From Candidatus Algichlamydia australiensis (lineage in GTDB: Bacteria; Chlamydiota; Chlamydiia; Chlamydiales; JAJFMI01), in NCBI GenBank assembly GCA_033977065.1, contig JAXCHI010000004.1:224001-288000 (forward strand): DNA of 64,000 bases, written 5' to 3'. The notes under the pieces are model-generated. The model was not told where the DNA came from. It searched no databases and was given only the letters and a program-made list of their open reading frames with translations. Within the stretch, counting starts at the first letter, position 1. Every line of letters begins with the position of its first letter. Of the stretch, positions 57,872 to 64,000 are shown piece by piece. The position numbers were made by a program, and so were the translations under genes.

Positions 57872-58792
57872 TTAGAGCCACTTTTTGCGCTGGAAGAGAA
57901 TGAGAGCTACAAAAGAGCAGAGCACCGTAAAGAGCATGATGCCGGAGAAGGCAAAGGGGTTTTTCTCGAAAGGAAGAGCTACGTTCATGCCGTAGAGCGA
58001 GGAGACCATTGTTGGGATAGAGAGGATGATGGTTAAGGAGGTGAGGAGTTTGATTGTTTTGTTTAACTGGTTTGTGAAGATAATTTGGAAGGAGTCACGA
58101 AGACCTCGGATAGTGCGCAGGTTGATGGTGCAGAGGTCCTCAGATTGGATACTGGCGTTGAGGAGATCTTCGAGAAGGTCTTGGTCTTTTTCATAGAGAA
58201 GGGTATAGCGGCCAGAGGTAATAGATTCGAAGACGTTACGAAGGGGTACCAGGGAGGAGAGGTATTGGCTGAGGTTCTCTTCGTTAATGGTGAGGGCAGT
58301 GATGTCTTCGCTTTCAACACGGCTGAGCTCTTTCTCTTTCTTCAGAACGTTTGCACGGATTTTTTTAATTTGTAAGGTAAATTCTTGGGTGACTTTGAGG
58401 AGGATGTAGAGGAGAAATTTGGATTTTTGGGTGGTGAAGAGGCGTGTTTTTTGGGAGAGAAGGTTTTTCACCAGGTGGCTTTTTTGTGGGCAGATGGTAA
58501 TGAAGTATTTTGGTGTGAGAAGGATACCGAGGGTGGTCGTGTAGAGGCCCATCTCTTGATTTGTGGGGTGGCGTGTGAAGATGAGGACGTTTTTTTCGTC
58601 TAAGCGCTCCACACGGGGCAATTCATGTTTATCGAGGCAGTCGTGTAGGTCTGTATATTCGTTCTCAGTTAGTTTAGCTATTTCATTAAGGTCGGATGGA
58701 GTCGCTTCATCGATGTGGATCCAGCACCCCTCTTCAGGAGTATCAATTTCTCGGAAATCCTCGTCATCGTTATTTTTTATGTAGCACTTCAT
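57872..58792 (-). CDS. corA: CorA family Mg2+ transporter
   Basis: YGMN signature between two C-terminal TMs. Confidence 0.92.
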   Translation of the reverse strand: MKCYIKNNDDEDFREIDTPEEGCWIHIDEATPSDLNEIAKLTENEYTDLHDCLDKHELPRVERLDEKNVLIFTRHPTNQEMGLYTTTLGILLTPKYFITICPQKSHLVKNLLSQKTRLFTTQKSKFLLYILLKVTQEFTLQIKKIRANVLKKEKELSRVESEDITALTINEENLSQYLSSLVPLRNVFESITSGRYTLLYEKDQDLLEDLLNASIQSEDLCTINLRTIRGLRDSFQIIFTNQLNKTIKLLTSLTIILSIPTMVSSLYGMNVALPFEKNPFAFSGIMLFTVLCSFVALILFQRKKWL

Positions 58793-58793
58793 G

Positions 58794-59837
58794 TTACGAT
58801 TCAAGTTGCTCAATTCGGCTTTCTAACTCTTTAATCTTTTTTACATGTTTTTCGATATTGCGCAAGAGGACTTTTTGCTTATTGTATTTGTTTAAGTCGG
58901 TTACAGGGGAGCCGCGGTAGGCTCCCGGTTTTGTGAGTTTTTTACTGACGCCTGAGCGAGTGGCAATTTGTGCGCCGCTTGTGATCTCTACGTGGCCGGT
59001 AATGCCGCACTGCCCCCCAATAATGACGTGTCTGCCCGTTTTGGAGGAGCCTGCGATGCCTGTTTGTGCCACGATGAGGTTATCCTCTCCAATTTCTACG
59101 TTGTGACCAATTTGGACGAGGTTATCAATTTTTGCACCGCGTTTGATAATTGTAGCTTTAAAGCGCGCTCTATCGATGGTGGTATTGGCACCAATTTCAA
59201 CATCGTCTTCTAGGATAACGATGCCGAGTTGGTTGAGTTTTTGATGGTGGCCTTTTTCGTTTGGCAGGTAGCCATAGCCACAGGATCCGATTACAGAACC
59301 GGGCTGCAGGATGACGCGGTTGCCAATGAGTGTGCCTTCGCGGACGGTGACGTTGGCATGGATGTAGCACTCTTTGCCAACAGAAGCGCCTGGGCCAATG
59401 AAGGTGCCAGCAGAAATGGTGGTGCCGTCGCCAATTTTTGCATTTTGATCAACAACAACGTGGGGGCCAAGAGTGACGTCATTGCCAATTTGCGCGCTAT
59501 CGTGCACGACTGCTGTGGGGTGGATGCCCGTGAAGCCGCTTCTCTCTTGGTGTTCGCGCAAGAGGAGTTCTGCAATTGTTTGAAAAGTATGTGAGGGATC
59601 ATCTGAGATGAGGAAATTGCGATTCTCTTGGAGTTTTGTGTTGCGGTCGATACAGATGATTCCGGCGAGGGATTGAGGGAGAAGTTCTTGGTAGCGCGCG
59701 TTAGAGAGGAAGGAGACGTCGTGCGGCCCAGCAGATTCTAGACCGTCGACGTTTGTTACTTCATGTTGGGGATCTCCAACGAGCAGGGTTCCCGTGAGCT
59801 TCGAGAGCTCTTCTAAGGTGTATCCCTTTTTTTTCAC
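58794..59837 (-). CDS. lpxD: UDP-3-O-acyl-glucosamine N-acyltransferase
   Basis: Hexapeptide repeats; EIGANTTIDR, KIDNLVQIGHN. Confidence 0.96.
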   Translation of the reverse strand: MKKKGYTLEELSKLTGTLLVGDPQHEVTNVDGLESAGPHDVSFLSNARYQELLPQSLAGIICIDRNTKLQENRNFLISDDPSHTFQTIAELLLREHQERSGFTGIHPTAVVHDSAQIGNDVTLGPHVVVDQNAKIGDGTTISAGTFIGPGASVGKECYIHANVTVREGTLIGNRVILQPGSVIGSCGYGYLPNEKGHHQKLNQLGIVILEDDVEIGANTTIDRARFKATIIKRGAKIDNLVQIGHNVEIGEDNLIVAQTGIAGSSKTGRHVIIGGQCGITGHVEITSGAQIATRSGVSKKLTKPGAYRGSPVTDLNKYNKQKVLLRNIEKHVKKIKELESRIEQLES

Positions 59838-60382
59838 TGAACGGATCCTTTTGGTCTGTTTAGTTCAAATTCTTTATCCATCTCAGCTACAACTTCGTTT
59901 GTAATATCAAGGTTGCTGGCACAGTAAAGGATGCTCTCTGTTGGGATGATGTAGTCAAGTTTGCGTACGCGTGCAATTTTTTCAGCTGCAATGCGCGCAT
60001 GTTCATGAACGTTTTGCATCATTTTCATTTGTGCCTGTTGGGCGACTTGCATGTACTGCTGCTGGTAGCGGCCATACTCTTCTTGCAGAGCCTGATATTG
60101 ACCTTTCATCTCTTCTGCTGCTGCTGGATTGAGGCCGTCCATATAGTCAGCATCTGTAAACTTCTCTTGCAACTCTTTTAGGCCTTTTTCACGATCTTGA
60201 ATCAGCTCGCGCATATTAGCTAGAATCTGATCCATTGCTTCTTGTTCGTGCTTCCCAACTTTGGATTGCATTTTGCAGTTTGTAAAATTGACAAAGCCCA
60301 CCTCTTTTGCAGTCTCTTCTGCTGGCAGGGTAGCCATTAGAGAGGTTGCTGCTAATAGTGTTGCAATTGTTTTTTTCATCAT
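59834..60382 (-). CDS. skp: OmpH/Skp periplasmic chaperone
   Basis: Signal peptide; VGFVN; LDITNEV; located between bamA and lpxD. Confidence 0.9.
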   Translation of the reverse strand: MMKKTIATLLAATSLMATLPAEETAKEVGFVNFTNCKMQSKVGKHEQEAMDQILANMRELIQDREKGLKELQEKFTDADYMDGLNPAAAEEMKGQYQALQEEYGRYQQQYMQVAQQAQMKMMQNVHEHARIAAEKIARVRKLDYIIPTESILYCASNLDITNEVVAEMDKEFELNRPKGSVQ

Positions 60383-60392
60383 AAGTCTCCTG

Positions 60393-62840
60393 TTAAAATT
60401 GTCCTCCCATCGCAAAGAAGAAGCGTCGCGCATCTTGCTTTCGATCAAATTTGGGTTCTCCGTTATCTTTAAAGCCCTTAAGTCTTGGCGTTGGGTTGAT
60501 GGGGAAACCTAAACCGACTGTGAGAGGAAGCCTTTGACCAACGTTGAGGCGCAAACCAAAACCATAAGCCATATTGAGATCACCGATGTTAAAAGCCCTA
60601 TTGGAAATTGAACCTGCATCGTAGAAAGTAAAGACGTCTGCCATGGGGAGAATTTGTTGGTTATATTCAAAAGAGAGAAGGAAGGAGCTAATGCCCCCAG
60701 TTGGATCGTCTGTATCCGTTCCATCCGCTTTCTTAAAGTGGGGACCTAAAACAAAGGGTTTGTAACCGCGAACGGTGTTTTCACCACCCAAGAAGAAGAG
60801 TTCACTAAGAGGGATATCTTCTGCTCTGCCGCCTCCAAATGGGTAGAGGAAGAGTGCATCGCAACGGAACTTAAAGGTTCCGAGGCGCCAAACAGGGTAG
60901 TAGTAGCTGTTTAAGTAGGTCAGCTTAGCAATGGGAAAGTCTTGTGGGCCAGATTCACGTCCTGAGCGACGGTGCTCCCAAAGAAGTTCTGCTTCTCCAC
61001 CAGCGCGCAATCCTCGATGAGGCTTGAAAGGATTATCAATGGAGTTAAAGTTTAGCGAGAGGCCAAATCCTGTCACAATCCCGCTATTTTGCTCCTGGTT
61101 TTGTGCTTTTGGACCAGCACTCTTATCGACATCGATGTCACTCCAGCGCAGGCGATACTTCGATCCAAAGGTCCAGAAGTTTGTAATTGGGTAACTGGCG
61201 TAGAGATCGGTACCGAATGTGTCGATGTGGTAGTCGCTTGAGGTTAGCTCTGAGTGTGAATAGTTGAAATCAAATCCCACACGCCACGGAGTGTCATTAA
61301 AGTAGGGATCCAACCAGGAGATGACATAGTTGCTCTGCTTTTTACCAAAGCTGATGCGCATATGAGCAAACTCTCCATTTCCACGGACGGCTTTTAGTCC
61401 CTCTTTATGAATGCGACCAAGGCCTGCAATATTAAAATTGTTTTCAGTTAGATCAAGTCCACCGAAGATACTATCAGTGCTACTAAAACCTGCAAAGAGA
61501 CTGGCGCTTCCTGTTGTGGTCTCTTCAACTTCAATGTTGACGTCGCGGTAGTTGGGGCCTAATGCTTGGTCTTCTGGCGAGCGAACGGCGTAGACATTGA
61601 CACATTTGAAAAAGCCAACAGCTTCCAAGCGGCGTTTTGTTGCTTCCAGTTTGCGGCTATCAAAAATAGCGCCAGGATCAAGCAGCGATTCGCGCAAAAT
61701 GACGTTGGACCCCGTTGCAGTATTTCCTAAAACGCGAACTAAGCCGACGTGATACTGCTCCCCCTCCTCAACTGTGAAGTGGACATCGTACTTTGGCTCA
61801 AACGCAGAGAGCTGCATGGTGTATTGGATATTGGCTTCGATGTACCCCTTAGATCCATATAAATTTTTCAATGCCTGTACGCTCTCTCGTACATTGTTCG
61901 GGGAGTAATCATCACCCGATTTAATAAGAAGAGCTTTTTCAATCTCCTCATCACTAAAGAGCTCATTTCCTTTGAATGAGACATCTCCAAAATGGTAGAG
62001 CTCGCCTTTGCTTGCAGCGATTGTAATGATGAGACGATGAGTCTCAGGGTCTTCAGAGGTCTGAATGTCAATGTTCGCATCGGCGTACCCCTGATTTTGG
62101 AGGTAGTCGATGATCATCAAACGGTCGTGATCGATATGGTCCTGGTTGTAGATGCCCTGCTGGGTCAAAAAACTGGTGAAGAGATTGTATTTTTTAGTTG
62201 CAATCATCTTGAGGATGTCGCTCTCTTCTTTCTTTGTTAGGCCTTCAAATTGTACCTTGCTAATTCGCCCAGAGCGTCCCTCACAAACAATAATATTGAT
62301 GAGAACTTCATTGTTTTCCGGTTTTGGAAGGATAGTGTATTGCAGTTCTGCTTCAAAGTACCCTTTCTTTATGTAGAACTCTTTAATCTTGTTAAAGCCC
62401 TCATTAAAATCGGCTCGATTGAAAATTTGACCCGGTTTAATGGCGAGTTTTCTCTGCAATTTTTGTGTAGAGAAGCACTCATTTCCAAACCACTTAATAT
62501 TGCTAATGACAGGTTTTTGCCAGAGACGGATAGTAATAAAAAGTTCTCCACTGCAAACCTGAATTTGCGGGTCTACGCGATCAAAATCACGGCTGAGCGC
62601 TTTCAAATCTTGGTCGAAGGTAAGCTGTGAAAATGGATCGCCCTCTTTGGTGCGCATCGACGTCATCAAGGGAGTACAATCGTAGTAACCTGCAGGACCA
62701 AGTGTTTCAATTTCAATTTGGATGCGCGCGACTTTTTTCTGCTCGTATGACTCAACTGAAGGATACGGATTGTAGTCTGAAAATGCAGGAGCAGAAGTAA
62801 GCAAAATTGTGGAAACAAAGAGCGGTAAAGTTCTTTTCAT
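60393..62840 (-). CDS. bamA: Outer membrane protein assembly factor BamA
   Basis: POTRA repeats; VRGY; C-terminal F. Confidence 0.95.
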   Translation of the reverse strand: MKRTLPLFVSTILLTSAPAFSDYNPYPSVESYEQKKVARIQIEIETLGPAGYYDCTPLMTSMRTKEGDPFSQLTFDQDLKALSRDFDRVDPQIQVCSGELFITIRLWQKPVISNIKWFGNECFSTQKLQRKLAIKPGQIFNRADFNEGFNKIKEFYIKKGYFEAELQYTILPKPENNEVLINIIVCEGRSGRISKVQFEGLTKKEESDILKMIATKKYNLFTSFLTQQGIYNQDHIDHDRLMIIDYLQNQGYADANIDIQTSEDPETHRLIITIAASKGELYHFGDVSFKGNELFSDEEIEKALLIKSGDDYSPNNVRESVQALKNLYGSKGYIEANIQYTMQLSAFEPKYDVHFTVEEGEQYHVGLVRVLGNTATGSNVILRESLLDPGAIFDSRKLEATKRRLEAVGFFKCVNVYAVRSPEDQALGPNYRDVNIEVEETTTGSASLFAGFSSTDSIFGGLDLTENNFNIAGLGRIHKEGLKAVRGNGEFAHMRISFGKKQSNYVISWLDPYFNDTPWRVGFDFNYSHSELTSSDYHIDTFGTDLYASYPITNFWTFGSKYRLRWSDIDVDKSAGPKAQNQEQNSGIVTGFGLSLNFNSIDNPFKPHRGLRAGGEAELLWEHRRSGRESGPQDFPIAKLTYLNSYYYPVWRLGTFKFRCDALFLYPFGGGRAEDIPLSELFFLGGENTVRGYKPFVLGPHFKKADGTDTDDPTGGISSFLLSFEYNQQILPMADVFTFYDAGSISNRAFNIGDLNMAYGFGLRLNVGQRLPLTVGLGFPINPTPRLKGFKDNGEPKFDRKQDARRFFFAMGGQF

Positions 62841-62892
62841 ATATCTGGTCCAAATAGTAGGTAAGTACTTGAGTATATGTGTTAAACTGTAT

Positions 62893-63495
62893 TTAGATCA
62901 ACTCTTGGCGGCGGATAATCGATTGACCAAGCGTTCCCTCATCAATCCAATCAAGAGAACTTCCCATGGGAAGGCCGAGCGCGAGGCGTGTTACTTTAAC
63001 ATTTTCTTTTGCAAATTCTTGTTTGAGAAAAAGGGCAGTTGCATCTCCTTCAAGTGTGGCATCTAATGCGATGAGCAGCTCTTTTACACACTCTTTTTCA
63101 ATGCGTTTTTTTAATTGCTCAAGTCCAAGTGTATCAGGTGTTTTTCCTTCAACAGGTGAGAGAAGACCATCAATCACGTGGTAAGCCCCTTTGAATGAAC
63201 GGGTCGCTTCAATGGCAAATGCATCTCTTGGGCTTGAAATGATGCAAAGTATATCTTTTTCTCGATAGGGAGCGTGGCAGGAAAAACAGCCCTTTTCACT
63301 TAACATCAAGCCGCACTCGCTGCAATGCAAAATCTTTTCTTGAATTTTGGCAATGGTCTCGCCAAAATCTTTGAGCTGGGTCGCATCTTCCTTTAATAGG
63401 TGAAAGGCGAAACGTTCAGCGCTCTTCTGTCCAACGCCGGGAAGTCGTTTAAGATGGGTGATTAAAATTTTTAATTCTTGCGGATAGTTCTGCAT
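62893..63495 (-). CDS. recR: Recombination mediator RecR
   Basis: LPGVGQKSAER, C4 Zn finger, ATLEGDATA. Confidence 0.96.
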   Translation of the reverse strand: MQNYPQELKILITHLKRLPGVGQKSAERFAFHLLKEDATQLKDFGETIAKIQEKILHCSECGLMLSEKGCFSCHAPYREKDILCIISSPRDAFAIEATRSFKGAYHVIDGLLSPVEGKTPDTLGLEQLKKRIEKECVKELLIALDATLEGDATALFLKQEFAKENVKVTRLALGLPMGSSLDWIDEGTLGQSIIRRQELI

Positions 63496-63553
63496 CTCCT
63501 CCCAATTATGACAAGCTTTTCAATATTTCGCAATTCGGGTAAAATAGTCGGAT

Positions 63554-64000
63554 ATGTGTTCTACAAAAGCGAGAATCGTTGCCACGGGCGCCTATCTACC
63601 AAGTAAAATTTTGACTAACTGTGATCTAGAACAGATGGTTGAAACTTCAGATGAGTGGATCACAACCCGCACGGGAATTAAGGAGCGTCGTATTGCTCAT
63701 AATGAAGAGTTTACCTCTGACATGGGGCTTAAAGCGGCTCAAGAAGCAATCGAAAAATCAGGGCTTTCTCCTGAAAAAATCGATCTCATTATTCTGGCTA
63801 CGCACACACCGGATCACTTCTTTCCTAGTACTGCCTGTATGATTCAAAAAGAGCTTGGTGCTGTGAATGCTGCCGGATTTGATATTCAAGCGGCGTGCAG
63901 TGGCTATCTCTATGGGCTCTCTACAGCAAAATCATTTATTGAATCAGGCGCATATAAAAACATTCTTTTAGTCGCTTCAGAAAAGCTCTCTTCAATTATT
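63554..64000 (+). CDS. fabH: 3-oxoacyl-ACP synthase III (partial, runs off the window)
   Basis: TSDEWITTRTGIKERR, AACSG. Confidence 0.95.
   Translation, partial: MCSTKARIVATGAYLPSKILTNCDLEQMVETSDEWITTRTGIKERRIAHNEEFTSDMGLKAAQEAIEKSGLSPEKIDLIILATHTPDHFFPSTACMIQKELGAVNAAGFDIQAACSGYLYGLSTAKSFIESGAYKNILLVASEKLSSII

Overview
Core chromosome of an environmental Chlamydiota bacterium. Gene orders match Chlamydiae: lptGF-tilS-ftsH-pnp-rpsO-tadA; rpmE2-prfA-prmC-ffh-rpsP-trmD-rplS-rnhB-gmk-rpoZ-like-metG-recD2; groEL-groES-pepF; ihf-accA-msbA-dnaQ; pdhABC; lpxD-skp-bamA-recR-fabH. No CRISPR array, transposase or prophage is visible. Accessory and non-obvious features: (1) several families of ~160-bp palindromic MITE/RPE-like elements, with target-site duplications visible on several copies, some replacing the 3' ends of essential genes; (2) an ATPase-wHTH-PD-(D/E)XK gene preceded by a 54-bp-period array of perfect palindromes; (3) a tandem family of membrane-protein paralogs between rplS and rnhB, with a MITE-disrupted pseudogene, a duplicated rnhB fragment and a likely gene-conversion tract; (4) a histone H1-like KKPAA tail hidden in the +1 frame of L31; (5) about ten genes whose -10 box lies 6-8 nt before the start codon, suggesting many leaderless mRNAs; (6) a small island after tRNA-Asn, a HigBA pair, and a membrane-anchored protein with 15 x 51-bp repeats. 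All calls were made by eye; no searches were run.
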